Below, piece after piece: positions 26,015-38,575 of a DNA stretch of 64,000 bases. Position numbers and translations under genes: made by a program. Positions within the stretch are counted from its first letter, which is position 1; each line of letters opens with the position of its first letter. The notes below the pieces were generated by a model that was not told where the DNA came from, did no database searches, and saw only the letters and a list, made by a program, of their open reading frames with translations. The stretch spans positions 49,446,430 to 49,510,429 of the forward strand of contig NC_090399.1 of the NCBI RefSeq assembly GCF_036365525.1, in the 5' to 3' direction. This DNA comes from Heterodontus francisci (lineage: Eukaryota).

Positions 26015-26465
26015 AGAATATAAGAATACATGAACATAATAAATAGGAACAGAGCTAGACCATACGGCCCATTGATTCTGCTCCACAATTCAAAAAGATC
26101 ATTGCTGATCTTCAGCTTCAACTCCACTTTCCCGCCAGCTCCCATTATTTCTTGATTCCCTGAGAGAACAAAACGTTGTCTCTCTCAGCCTTAAAGATAT
26201 TCAAAGATGGAGCATCCACAGCAATCTGGGGTACAGAATTCCAAAGATTCACAACCCTCAAAGTGAAGACATTTCTCCTCATCTCCATCTTACATCTGAC
26301 TGTGCCTCCATGTTCTAGATTTCCCAGCCAGGGTAAACAAACTCTCAGTGTCTATTCTGTCAAGCTTCATCAGAATCTTTTGTAATGCTTATTCTTTTAT
26401 AAACGCCTGGAAAAGGCAATTTCCTCAGCCTCTCATCATGCAATCACCCTCTCAGCCAAGGGATT
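26015..26465 (-). mobile_element. Older CR1 3'-end fragment
   Basis: Reverse complement has a degraded CR1 C-terminus (RNVFTLRVVNLWNSVPQ...) followed by a hairpin and TTCTTAT-type tail. Confidence 0.7.
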
Positions 26466-26724
26466 ACGTTCTGCTGAGGATGCTATTGAAAACATCGGTA
26501 GCTGTAGAAACATGGGGTGAATGGAGGTTAAAAGTCTGGATATTTGACTGTTTGGAAGCGTTGTTTTGAGTGATTTGGAGGGCTCTCTTTTCAACAAAGA
26601 AAGGCAGAAGGAAGGGGGTGAAAAGAGAAAGGACGATGTGAGTCGGGAAGATTACAAAGAAATTATGAGATGGTCTTGCCTGTGATTGAGATGACAGTGT
26701 TACCTTTTCAGCAGAGACCAATAA

Positions 26725-27635
26725 CTTTGAAACAACAGATATGAACTTCCCAGTAACTGCTTAAAGAATAAAACGACAATATTTCACGCTTTAAGACTTT
26801 TACTATAGCAACTAAACTAAAAATCTAAATTAATTAAGCTATATCTGGTAGGTAGCTAATGCACTAAATTACACTGCAAGACGTTTTCCAATAACTTATT
26901 AACAGACTGGAAAAACCCACACCACGATTATACGATATACAATGTCCTCAACAAAAAGGCATCCTTGCAGTTAAAAATCCCAAACTCCTCCCAGCTGCAT
27001 TGGGTTGGATCTCCCAGTGCCCGTCTCAAAGCTAAACTCCTATTTGTTCACTTTTGCTGAGCACATCCAACTTGCTTTCGGTTAATAAGGCTATCTGTGG
27101 TGACCCCGTTGGCCTTTTCTCCTCTTCAAATGTTGAGAGAACCATTGTTTCCCAGAATGTCCTACTGGTCTTCCTCTCTCTCTCTCTAGCTTTGAGCAGC
27201 TCACTGCTGATCTTCGTTTCTTCCTTTCAGCCCACCAGACAGAGAAAATCCCCTCAAATTTATCCAGAGCAAATGTCAATGTCATTTGCCTTTCACAACT
27301 AAGTGATTATAAGGGTCAGCAAAATCACCTGATCCTTCTTCTGTTCCCGGGTGTCAAAAACTGCAAACCAAATCTGCCTTTTAGAGCCCTGGCATGCTGT
27401 TTACAGTCTGTCAAGCTTGGAGAGTGAAGACCGTTGGGCCTGAGTGTTATAGATTTTTACCCTGCTTCCAAAAGGGTTTCTGATCTTGGTTACATGTTAT
27501 CATGTTAAAAAAGGCCGCTAGTTTAACTTTGGACACATTTTGCATGAGGTCACGTATTTCCTCCGAATGTCCATTTTACACTGCAATAAAGATCACAGTT
27601 TTAAAGCATACCCATACTGCAAAGCCTTCATAACA
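26725..27635. mobile_element. Possible solo LTR
   Basis: About 910-bp non-coding segment ending ...TTCATAACA, flanked by ATAA on both sides (26721-26724 and 27636-27639). The left terminus is degenerate. Confidence 0.4.
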
Positions 27636-28723
27636 ATAAGAATAGGGAGAACACGTGAGATGAAAGTTTAGACGGATGGCCATGACGGAGAGTTTCGTGC
27701 GCCAATTGCGATTACTGCAGCTGAGCGTCACGTGAATGGAAACACAGTGTCCAGTATGTGTCAGTACGTCAGTGGTAACTCATATATATTTTGGAGAATG
27801 TATCTCATTTTAGGTAGCTAATGATGTTTCAGACCGTGGGTAAGGCGTTGTCATCAACCTCTTGTGGGTCTTGCAGAAATTAAGTTTCTGCTTCATTTTG
27901 TCCCATGACGTTTCATTTCAGTGGTTGTATTTGTACATCCCCCACTCAGGCAAAATTATCACCTTGAAGTATCCAGATACGACTGAGGAGCCCAGAGACA
28001 TAGACTGTCCCAAAGGCCCACAGAACCTGTCCAGTCATCGAATCAATGAACGTAACCTGAGGACAGTATGCTCCATAATGAAATGCAAAATGGTATGGTA
28101 CTTGTTGAACTTTATTTTGCAAGGCATTTTTTGTGGAATCATGTACCATCGCTGAAGGGGCTTCCATAGCATACAGGAATCCAGATATACACTTTCCTTT
28201 GGTCCTGGATATAGAAAGGATTGAAAGCAACAACCCAACCTTTCAGTTTGCTTTGACGCGTGAATTACAAGAGAACAAACTGATGACTCACTCAAAAGGT
28301 TGTTGTTTTTAATCGAAGTGCTTTATTTTGTACCCACACTTTACTCTGAAATGCGTAAAACCACAAGTTTACCATGTGTCAGCGAAGCTTCAGTTCCTGT
28401 GTATCTGCAAACGCTGGTACACTGCAACTCTTCCCATCCAGAAAATCTTATATCATCAAATACCTCATCTGTGCAGTTGCTAATGTGAACATGGGAACGA
28501 AAGTTGTCGCCTTCGATCGATATGTCCTATGATTCAGAAATTGCAACATTCAAAATAACTAACAATTCCAAAATAATGAAAATTCTATTCTCATATTTGT
28601 GCTTCTCATTACCACTGAGAAATGGGAATAAAAATGTTCTATTCCAGCTGAACATTAGAGTAAAAACAGCTGCTTAATCAATGTGTTCAAGTGGCTGTGA
28701 ATAATGCCAATTAATGTCTGACT

Positions 28724-28770
28724 TAATTGCCTCACCTGAGATTTCTCAAAAGTATAAATTGGGCTCATTT
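28724..28770 (+). promoter_or_regulatory. Putative core promoter of GPCR copy B (TAATTG + TATAAA)
   Basis: TAATTG at 28724-28729 and TATAAA at 28753-28758, about 70 bp upstream of the ATG. AAGTATAAATTGGGCTCATTT is identical, with the same spacing, upstream of copy A2. Confidence 0.55.
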
Positions 28771-28823
28771 CAACGTTTCTCATCGGTGTTTGAATCATAC
28801 AAAAGCTGCATTCACCTCACAAA

Positions 28824-28893
28824 ATGGGGCTACATTTACTACTGCGGATACAAGCGGTTTACTATCCCATTCTCATACTGGTTGGGGTTCCTG
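28824..28893 (+). CDS. GPR139/GPR142-like GPCR copy B, coding exon 1
   Basis: MGLHLLLRIQAVYYPILILVGVP-G followed by a GTAAG donor (phase 1). It joins in frame to the acceptor at 40309 to give VGVPGNLLAI (TM1 GN motif). Confidence 0.85.
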
Positions 28894-30614
28894 GTAAGTT
28901 GGAACCAATTGTTCCTTTTCTGTCAAAGTTTGACTGTGTTAGTGCTCTTGCTGCCAGCCTAACGGTGTTAGCTTTTGTGCATTATAATTCAACTTCATTT
29001 CAATATATAGCTATGTTTTGTTAATCTATGTTGTTAAAGTGTCAACAGTGTAATTTGGATGGCACATGATGATGGAGGTGGTTCTTTCAGCTAATGAGTC
29101 ATGACAGGAGAGCAGTCTCTCAAATCACACTGCCGGAGATTATCTAATTCTGCAGCAGACAGTTCCAAGGAACCAGTGATTCAGGAAGCTGTACTGAACA
29201 ATAACTCAGAAAATCGTGGCTGCACCTTGTGCCATTGCGATTTTATTTTTACCCGGTGGTAAACCCGATATATTCGGGTTGATTCCCCTGTTTGATCAGT
29301 TTGCAGTTCTCCTCCTTTTATTTTAGGAATCGGGAATATTCTTTAAACCTGAATCGCGAATTAAATTATTTGGCAATGAAACTTTAAAAACTGGTCAGTT
29401 CTTCACATTTGGAGTAGTTTAATGCAGTGGGCAAGCTAACAATTTGAATTGCTAATCTCATATATTCCTTACTATTTCTATACAACTATGCGCTGTGTAG
29501 TGAACAGAGAACGTTGGTCCAAGCTGTGCAATTTGAAAAAGAGATGTCATTTCCCCCTTACATTGAGCACGGTACTGAGAGATTGACAGATTCCAATAAA
29601 GACATCGCAGTAAAAGAGTGGTTGTTCGTAAACTGAGGTCTGGGTGTTTAACATCAACATTGTACACCGAATAAAAATTAACAATCTGTGGTACAAATTC
29701 GATATAGTCCATATCTAGATGCGAATGAAAAGAAAGAAATCAGCAGACAAGTTTAGTCTTTAAAGCCTTTTAACGTCCAAGTATTGTCCTAAATGGATAA
29801 ATTATAATTCACATATGCAAGTTAAACAATTCGTACTATTCGCCATGAATATGACGGATGACACTGTATGTTAAAGAATTGGCACAAATTGTTTGGAGAG
29901 GTAGGTGATAATTTGAGTCGCAAATTGTCTTCTGCACAAAGGCACTGACGATACCTCGATTTTGTTCCGGTGCATGATGAACTACTTTCGCACAAGTAAA
30001 GCAAATGGTCTCAAAGCCTTGACAACCCCATCTGACAAATTTGGGAAATCTGTTTGTATTTGGAGCCAAAACTCTGAAACTGCTTTTATTGGAGCTCGAT
30101 TTTGAGTCCGTCATTATTTGAGCAGGTGCTCTGCATCTTTTATTGACAGTTCTTGCAGCATAGGTACTGCAGAGAAATCTGTGAAAGAGTTGTGGACTCG
30201 ACCGTTTGCATTTCTCATTGAGAGAAAGGAATCACGTAATTACCTCGCCAGTTTAGACAGATTTTGCTTGAACACTGTCCTGCAATGGTAGTCATTGGTT
30301 ATCAGAAATGCATGCCTGTTTGGGAAACTTCCAGTGCTGTTTTGCTCCACAAAGCGAGCCCAAAAGCCCATCTTCTTAACCATTGGCTCAGTTTTCTCCT
30401 GCGCATCTAATATGGTTACACTCAGCCGTTGAAGTGCTAAATTAAGCTCATTCTGATGAGACAATATATCTGAAAGGTATCCCAAACGTGAGAACCAGGC
30501 CTTGTCCTGCAGGTATCGAAATAGTGAAAATGTGTGTTATATAAATAATGACTTGACCCCAGAGTGAAATTCAAAGAAATATGCCAAGATCATATCACGT
30601 GTCAGCCATCAAAC

Positions 30615-30938
30615 GTCCACAGTGGCGCAGTGGTTAGCACCACAGCCTCACAGCTCCAGCCACCCGGATTTAGTTCTGTGTGGAGTTTGCAAGTTCTCCC
30701 TGTGACTGCGTGGGTTTCCGCTGGGTGCTCAGGTTTCCTCCCACGGCCAAAGACTTGCAGGTGGATAGGTAAATTGGCCATTGTAAATTGTCCTTAGTAT
30801 AGGTAGGAGAATAGTGGGGATGTGGTAGGGAATATGGGATTAGTGTAGGATTAGTATAAATGGGTGGTTGTTGGTCGGCACGGACTCGGTGTGCCGAAGG
30901 CCCTGTTTCAGTGCTGTATCTCTAAATAAATAAATAAA
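30615..30938 (+). mobile_element. HE1/V-SINE-type tRNA SINE with CR1-like tail
   Basis: Head CACAGTGGCGCAGTGGTTAGCAC, V-domain-like GTGTGGAGTTTGC...GGTTTCCTCCCAC, and tail GCCGAAGGCCCTGTTTCAGTGCTGTATCTC(TAAA)n. Confidence 0.9.
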
Positions 30939-31201
30939 CAAGTAGAGCAATAGATTGAAGTGTATGCCACACAATTAATGATTTAGTGAAGAAGATATTC
31001 TGGAATTCATGAGTTCATCGTCTACATAGCATTATCCAGGACCTCCTTCAAGTTGCTACACATGCTTTTAGTAGCATTGCTTATATATTCAGACGGCAAT
31101 GCAACCACATTGCATTGGAAGCGACTGGTTTGATATGGTCACTATTCCATTCTGCCTACTAGTCATTGACTTTGACCCAGCCTTGCAAATGCCAATATAT
31201 T

Positions 31202-34200
31202 GGCCCGGTTTTTGTACTCATCGGTGAATTGGTTGTGTTTATCGCTGTCTGAATTGAATAATTCGCACTGACTTAGTTTGATGACTGGAGCGAGATTTTT
31301 AACTGGCTGTATCTCGGGCTGACAACACGAGGAACAGCGAGGCCCTAACGTAAAGTGTATTCAGGACGAAACCATGCACCGAAGACACGATGATTAAGGT
31401 CGAAACTCAGCTGACTATTCTATAATGATTTTAAAATAATTTAAAAACATTTATAAACTGTTAAATACTCAATCTCAAAAACGTTTTAACACTCTTTTAA
31501 AAACTTTAAAAACATAAAAATAAATGGGAACATTCGTGGTATTAAAAAGAGGAGACAACCTTTTTGAAAAGCATTCATTTGCATATTACTTCTTCGTCGA
31601 AACGAACTTGGCAGTGCAAAAGGCAGATAAGGGGAACCGATATCATAACTTTAATAAATCTCACTTCTAAACAATTCTCAATGAGGTGGGAGCAAAGTGC
31701 CAACAGCTTATCAGTAGCATTAAGTGCAGTGTGTCCAGAATAGTTAGCATCTGGTGTGGACGGAGGTCACAGTGGCCGTGACTGTTAACAGCACCGTTCC
31801 ATACACCAGAAAGCAATGTCACAAGAAATTGAATAATTTAATGAAATCTGCCATGGTTAGCAGAGCTCTTTTTTCACAAAGTTCTGTATAAGATTTTAAA
31901 GTTTGTGAACCGAAGACCTTGTTATGTGTGGGCGTGGCATTCAGGCTTACTTGACGTCACGTTGTTGTAAAATTCAGTTGCCTTTGGAGACAGGCTCACT
32001 AAGTGCTTAGAAAGCTCTATTATCTGCACCACACAAAGTAGAAGTGTGAAGTTATCTCCAAGCTGCCCAACAAATATTAACCAAACCAACAAAGAAGCAC
32101 AAAGTAATATGTATTTTGCATGTCTGTTTAGAGTTAAATGGCGTTCATTCACTGGCGTTCATATGGCCTTTCTGAAGGATCTTCGTTCCTTGGTGTCATC
32201 TTCTTCAAGAAGGTGGACTGCCATGGATCTCCACCTCTGTCTATCCTGTGCTGTCCTTACACATTCTGCATAGGTCAACTGCATCCAGTCCATTATATCT
32301 GCCATCTATTTTCCTCTGTTTCCTTGTCCTACGTTTCCGTCGATCTTTTTCATCCAGCAATTGTCTCTGTTTACATTCTGCTCTAATGATGTGACCAAAG
32401 TATTGTATCTTTCTCACTTCGATGTTATGCACTAATTTCCTCTTTTCTCCAGCCATTTCTAGCACTTCCTCGTTAGTCTTTATGTCTGTGTAGCATATGT
32501 GGAACATCCACCAATATGTCCGCATCTCGAATGCATTGAGCTTATCAAGAATACCTTTGTTTGTTGTCCATGTCTCCAAGGCATATAACATCGATGGGGG
32601 GAAAATCACCTCAGCATTCTTTTTCTAAGCTTCAAGGTCTTTTTTTTTAATGTGAACATGTTCTTCATTCTGACAAAGCTGGTCTTAGCTATTTCAATTC
32701 TCCTTCAGCTCTCACAATCAGATCTCTCATCATCTTTGATAACCTTCCCAAGTTATGTAAACCTGTTTCATTTGTTCCAGCACTTGTCTATTTACTTCAA
32801 TTTTCACTTCTGCCGTTAAGTTTCTGCTTATCGCCATTGCCTTAGTTTTCTTCACATTCATTCGTAATCTATATTCCACGCTCTTTGTATTCACATCATC
32901 CTGTTGGGCTTCTTCTGAATCTGCAATTAGTTCCTGTCATCCGTGTATCTTAAGTTTCTAATGTTCAACCCATCAATACTGCAACCGGCAGATGTTCTAT
33001 ATCTCTGAAGATCGCTTCAGTATGCAGGTCAAACAGCTTTGGGGACATAACACATCCCCAATGCGCTCCTCTTTTGATTGGAAAACTGTCTGACAAGCCG
33101 CTATAGATTCTGAATTATCTTTTTATCATTTCTGTCAATTTCTAGTTTGTTTAAGCACTCTATTATTTTCTGATGGTAGATTCTGTCAAATGCCTTCTCA
33201 TAATCTATAAAGCATACGTACATATATTTTTGTACTTCCAGATATCTTTTCATCAATGTTCTCTCAATATACCCTCTCTTGTTCCTTTCTTTGGTTTGAA
33301 CACTGACTGACTATCATCTATCTCTGTTCTATAGACTGGCCATTTCTTTCCAAAATGATTATTAAAATCATTTTCATCACATGGCTCATGAGACTTATTG
33401 CCCTGTGCTCTGAACACTCTAGGGCGTTTAGCTTAATGGAGAGCTTAATGAACACTGACTGCATAAGATCCGCAGGTATGAATCTTGTTCTATAAATTTT
33501 GTTGCAGAGGTCTATCAGTATCCCAATGTTAGCATCATTCAGGGCTTTCAGGCATTCTACTGGTATCTCGTCGATTCCAGGTGTTTTCTTTGCTTTCATC
33601 TTTTTGATTGCAGCATGGACTTTTGCCTCTATTATCTCTGTTCCTTCCTTTCCCTCTTTTGGTTCCAATTCAGTTCTGTCTTCATCATGATGTACTCCAC
33701 CCATAGTTTCTCTACCCTTCCTTTTTCGAAGAGCAGTTCACATTCCTTGCTCCTTATACAGCAATTATTTGTGACTATTTTCTTCTTGTCTCTCAGTGCT
33801 TTAACTTTCTCATGCAATGCTCTCATAATATGCCTTTTCTCCAGTTCTTCTATTTCCTTGCAACGGTCTTCACACCACTTTTCCCTGGCTTCTCTTCATG
33901 CATTTCTTATCCGTCTTTCTATTTTGTCATATTTTTCTTTACTGGTCTTATTCTGTCTCCATTTCTCCATCATATCTAGTATTTCATCAGTCATCCACTC
34001 TTGATGTTTCCTCTGCTCTTTCTTGGGAAACGTCTGAGTTACCATGGTATCTTAGGCTCTGTTTCAACCTTTCCCAATGCCTTTCTGATTTTTCCTCCTC
34101 ATTATGATCTTGTACTGTCCCTTTCTGAAGTAAAGCATCATACTTAATAGTAACCACAGCATACTTCTTCAACACATCTTCTCTCAGTCTGTCTAGCTTG

Positions 34201-35792
34201 GCTTGCTCTTTCATGGAATTTATTTTTGCGATTTTCAGCCTGATCGTCATCTTTAATACTAGTAGGCAGTGATCCGAATTGATGTCTGCAGCTAGGTAAG
34301 TGAAGGCATTCTCGATGCTGTTCTAGTTTCTCTCGTGGATAGTTGTGAATTTAGTCATACCAAAGCATTCAAAATAATGTTATTAATGTGAAACATTTGA
34401 ACGTTACAACAGTTTATAAAGTAGAAAGGTAGCTAATGAGAACAAATGGTATGAAAAGGCTTGCACGAAGGACCTGAAGTTTGCATTGCTTTTCTATAAC
34501 TACCACAAAAGTCTTGCAAAGAGTCAATTCTTCTGAAATAAATATCAGTTATTTCACTTTCCATCTGCACGGTTCTTTTGTATGATTTCCTAGAGGAGGG
34601 AGAGGAATGTTCTTGTTCGCAATGTTTAAATGCATCTACAATCAGTTGTTTTCTCATTGCCCTGGCAGAAGCAGCTGGGCTTCCTCAGGTGGTCAACGAG
34701 GCATGGCTTCAGCGACATCCACAGTGGGATCCCCCATTTCATTCATTTCTGGCACAACCTTCTCTGCACAGTGAAGGATCAATCTGTCCTGCACCGTATA
34801 TTTTGTGCAATACTGCTTCCTGATCAGCCTATGGCCCTGCCTACTGACTCTTCGTTGATCACCGTACTGAGCTGTAATATAAAAGAAACCATACAAAACT
34901 GGCGCACAGCGTGGAAAAGGCATGTTTCGCCCTCACAGGCTTAATATTTAAGGTATGACAGTACCTATTAGAACGATACTGTCGGTTAATTTTAAGTAAT
35001 CTTGCAATGTCATGTGCAGTAAGCGGGATTTCAGTACATCAGATATGTTAAAAAGGTCGCTTCAATCTTGCTAAAAAATCTTTTAGATTAAAGCATCAAG
35101 TAAGTCCGAAAAATGTTGATAAAAATGATAGCATTTCAAAATCGTTTAAAATTCACTTCAATCTTCCTCAACAGTCTTTTACATAGAACTATCAGTAAGT
35201 CAGATAAACGTGGTTAAAAAGTTAGATGCATTTAAAGGTCGTTCAAAAGTCGTTAAATCTTGTTAAAGAATCTTAGATGTTGAAATATCAAAGAAGGAAA
35301 ATAAATCTATATACAAAAGTCATATACATTTAAAGATAGTTCAATATTAGTCACTTTAATCTTGTTAAAAAGTCACATAAATAAAGTCGATTTAAGAAGT
35401 CTGAGAAGCCATGCTTAACAATTAATTCAAATTGAATATTTGATATGTCTGCACTGATCTCAGAATGTTCCCATGTGCTTCTACCGGTGCCGACCTGGAC
35501 AGAATTAACCCTCATGATAGGCTCTGCACCCGATAATAACAACTCGAAACAAAAGTTTACTTTTGGGCAATTAGCTCAATTTGATGAATTGTGAATCCCT
35601 GCTGCTTTACACGGCCGGTCGGGGCACCATCGGCGGAGGACCTTTGTATCACATACTCGCGTATTGCCACTGCCGATTTTCGGTGCAAGAATGCTCATGT
35701 GCATGCGCGCTGGAAGTTGTGGCAACGCTGCGACCTTCAATAGCGGCGAACGTCCTCGCGTTTGTTGCTATTGGGACTGCAAAATCTGGCCC
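31202..35792 (-). mobile_element. Harbinger/PIF-like DNA transposon (degraded), containing an RTE insertion
   Basis: Imperfect 18-bp TIR (GGCCCGGTTTTTGTACTC vs the reverse complement of the right end, GGGCCAGATTTTGCAGTC; 13/18). 3-bp TSD ATT at 31199-31201 and 35793-35795. Removing it rejoins the hAT reading frame. Minus-strand ...AMRKQLIVDAF at about 34625-34660 resembles Harbinger transposase C-termini. Confidence 0.65.
32140..34350 (-). mobile_element. 5'-truncated RTE-clade LINE
   Basis: KTPGIDEIPVECLK, HRAISLMSHVMK and LYALETWT...LNAFEMR...RKIQYFGHIIR in ORFs 33318-33704 and 32241-32609. Confidence 0.85.
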
Positions 35793-36477
35793 ATTGTGAG
35801 CAGACAACATCATGTTGACTTGTGAAGGTGTCAAGCAACCGGAAAATCTCGAAGCCGGCGTACTGGAAGACGGGGTCTGGCACAATAGAATGTCCTTCTG
35901 TGTTGCACTTTTGTAAATATGCCACACATACACCAGAAGTTGAGCTAATCCTGCTACGTCTGTGGTTCAATCCAGCTGCAGAACAAAGTAGGAGCTGCGA
36001 ATCACAGCGCTCACACGTTGAGTTAGGATCTTATTCGTTATGTCATTAATTTGACATGACATTGTACTGTTTGATAATGGCATTAACTGATTTAATTTTG
36101 GGGCATTCTCTCAAAGGACAATGTTTGGCACGTCTGCAGCCGCAGATGGCATCATTTCCTGCTATGGTGGATGTTTTCCTGACTGTGCAACTGTAACTCA
36201 GTAGAAGGTTTCAAGGACCTGACTATTTCCATCAGCAGCAGATCAGTGTTAAACTGTCTTGCTTGCTATTAGCTGCACTTTCATGAAAAGGACTGGTGGT
36301 TTGTTCCTCTGTTGTTCATGGTTTCCTTCCAAGTGCCTGTGTACAATCTATGCGGTAAGGTGTTTTTTTGGCAGGACTTCAGGACATAGCAACACAGCAG
36401 CTGAGGGTTTTTAGCGGCTCCACTGCAAATAAATCCCGTTTCAATGTGTTTCTGTTGCATTTACTTCTCGAAGATAC

Positions 36478-37455
36478 TGCTAAGTGATAGGTGTGACTGC
36501 AGCCGGTGGAGTATTTTTCCCCTGATTTCCATTGACACTAGTTTTGCTAGGGCTTGATGCCACATCTGGTCAAATGCTGGTTTGATGTCAAAGGCAGTCA
36601 CTCTCACCTCACCTTTTGAGTTCAGAATTTTTTGTCCACGTTAGTCCAAAGCTGTAATGAAGTCAGGAGTTGAGTGGTCCTGGCAGAACCCAAACTGAGC
36701 GCCACTCAAGTGCCACGCAATGACCATCTCCAACAAGAGAGAATTCAATCATCTCCTCTTGACATTCATTCACCATCACTGAATCCCACACCATCAACAT
36801 TCTGGGGATTCCCATGGACCAGAAAATGAACTGGACTAGCCAAAAAGTATTCTGGCTGCAAGAGCTGGTCAGAGGCTGGGAATTCTGCAGTGAGTAACTC
36901 ACCTCCAGACTCCTCAAGCCCTGTCTGCCATCTAAAAGTCACAAGTCACGACTGTGATAGATTATTCTCCGCTTGCCTGGGTGGGAGCAGCTCCAACAAC
37001 ACTCAAGAAGCTCGGCATCATCCAAGACAAAGCAACCCCCTAGACTGGCATCCCATCCGCATCCTTCAACATTCCCCTTCATCACTGACGCACAGTTAAA
37101 TCAGTGTGTAGCATCTATAAGATGTAGTGCAGCAACTGACTAAGGCTCCTTTGACAGCACCTTCCAAACCCCGAACGCTTCCACCGAGAAGGATAAGGAC
37201 TCCAGATGCACGGGAGCACCAACACCTGCAGGTTCGCCTCCAATGCTGATTTGGAACTATATTGCCATTCCTTCACTGTGGCCAGGTCAAAATCCTGGAA
37301 CTCCCTTCTTAATAGCACTGTGGGTGCAACTACCCGACATGGACTGCAGCAGTTCAAGAAGGCAGCTCACCGCCACCTTCTCAAGGGCAGTTTGGGATGA
37401 GTATTAAATGCTGGTATAGCCAGCAACGCCTAAACCCGTGAAAAATTTTTTTAAA
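36478..37455 (+). mobile_element. CR1/L2-group LINE fragment with inverted 5' portion
   Basis: 36478-36700 encodes RT on the minus strand (QFGFCQDHSTPDFIT...EVRVTAFDIK...AFDQMWHQ). 36700-37455 encodes the downstream RT and 3' end on the plus strand (TISNKRE...INILGIPMDQKMNW), ending in an A/T-rich tail. Confidence 0.75.
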
Positions 37456-38184
37456 AATAGACATCAATGATGAGATGATTGCTGTGTTTACGAAATCGAT
37501 AAGTAGCATTTTGAAAAATGGAACTCCACCGATTAAACTAATCAGCTACAAGTTAGAACATTCCCAAATCCATGAGAAATAGAGGGATCGCCTTGTTATT
37601 CTTTTGCCAGTTGCTGTTGCGAACTACTTTAGTTGCCAAAGGTTTAGATAGATTCCTGCACGTGCGATTGCTTATGCATTATGGGTTGCATCAATGTGCT
37701 TTAATGCCATTCAAGATATAAATTATTTTGTTCAAATCCCGCTTGGCGGGGTGGGGTGGGGGGGTTCGCGGGGGGTGGGGGCATGGATTTATCAAATGTT
37801 TCGAACACGGATAACAAACATTAAATTAAAGCTGTTAGTGGTCAAAGGGACGATATTCCACACTTTGAAATATGATTGGTCAAATTGGAAATTCCTTCTA
37901 TTTTAAAGCGGCACAGTGCTGTGGCTGCCAGAGAATACGCCCTAATGTGGATTGGAGTCTAGAAGCTTGACAAAGGAAAGCGTGAATGACCTGTCAGTGT
38001 CATGTAAATAAAAGCAATAACAGGAAGAAATGTTTGTCTGGTTTTTTTTTTTATTGATCAGTACTTTCATTACCCAAAAACACACATTTTCCCTGTCTGC
38101 TCAGATAATTGCAGTTTCACAGCATCAATAAATGTTATTGATAAGTAACACTGTTTCAGGTTTGACATGCCAAAACGCAATAAA

Positions 38185-38230
38185 CCCATCCCTCCCTCCC
38201 CCACCCCCCCCCCCCCCCCCCCCCCACCCA
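38185..38230. repeat. Poly-C tract
   Basis: Visible homopolymer run. The paralogous site at about 53360 has only short C runs. Confidence 0.8.
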
Positions 38231-38575
38231 ACTCCAAAAAGTAACATTTCAGATAGTAAATGTGGTAACATATATCATGGGCCACATTCCTATTTTTCAG
38301 TAACATTGAGCCTGTAGCGCAACATTTTGAATGGTGTTTAAGCCAAATGTCCACACCTCTAATGTCAGCCCGAGCAATTCACCCCTCCAGCAAACACTGT
38401 CCGTGCATAATGAAATATTTTCTTTCAAGATTATCGACAGGACAATTCATGTGGACAAAGGATCCATAAAAATGGCAAATCAATTTTATGTTTTAACGAC
38501 AAAAACTATCTATATTTTGGTGCTGCGAGTTTACAGAAATAGTCCTATAATTATCATTGGCGTTTACAGTTACAG

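Larger units (their letters stand above)
29780..36477 (-). mobile_element. Degraded hAT (Charlie/Buster-type) transposase in the copy B intron, interrupted by HE1 and Harbinger-like insertions
   Basis: Minus-strand remnants: BED-finger-like region at about 36280-36460; YFVLQLD*TTDVAGLAQLLVYV at 35920-35990; IGICKAGSKSMT at about 31160-31200; YLSDILSHQNELNLALQ in ORF 30240-30485. Confidence 0.8.

Noticed and set aside
30615-30690. tRNA gene (also at about 1692 and 60547)
   Set aside because: tRNA-like heads of SINEs followed by SINE body and tail; no complete cloverleaf.
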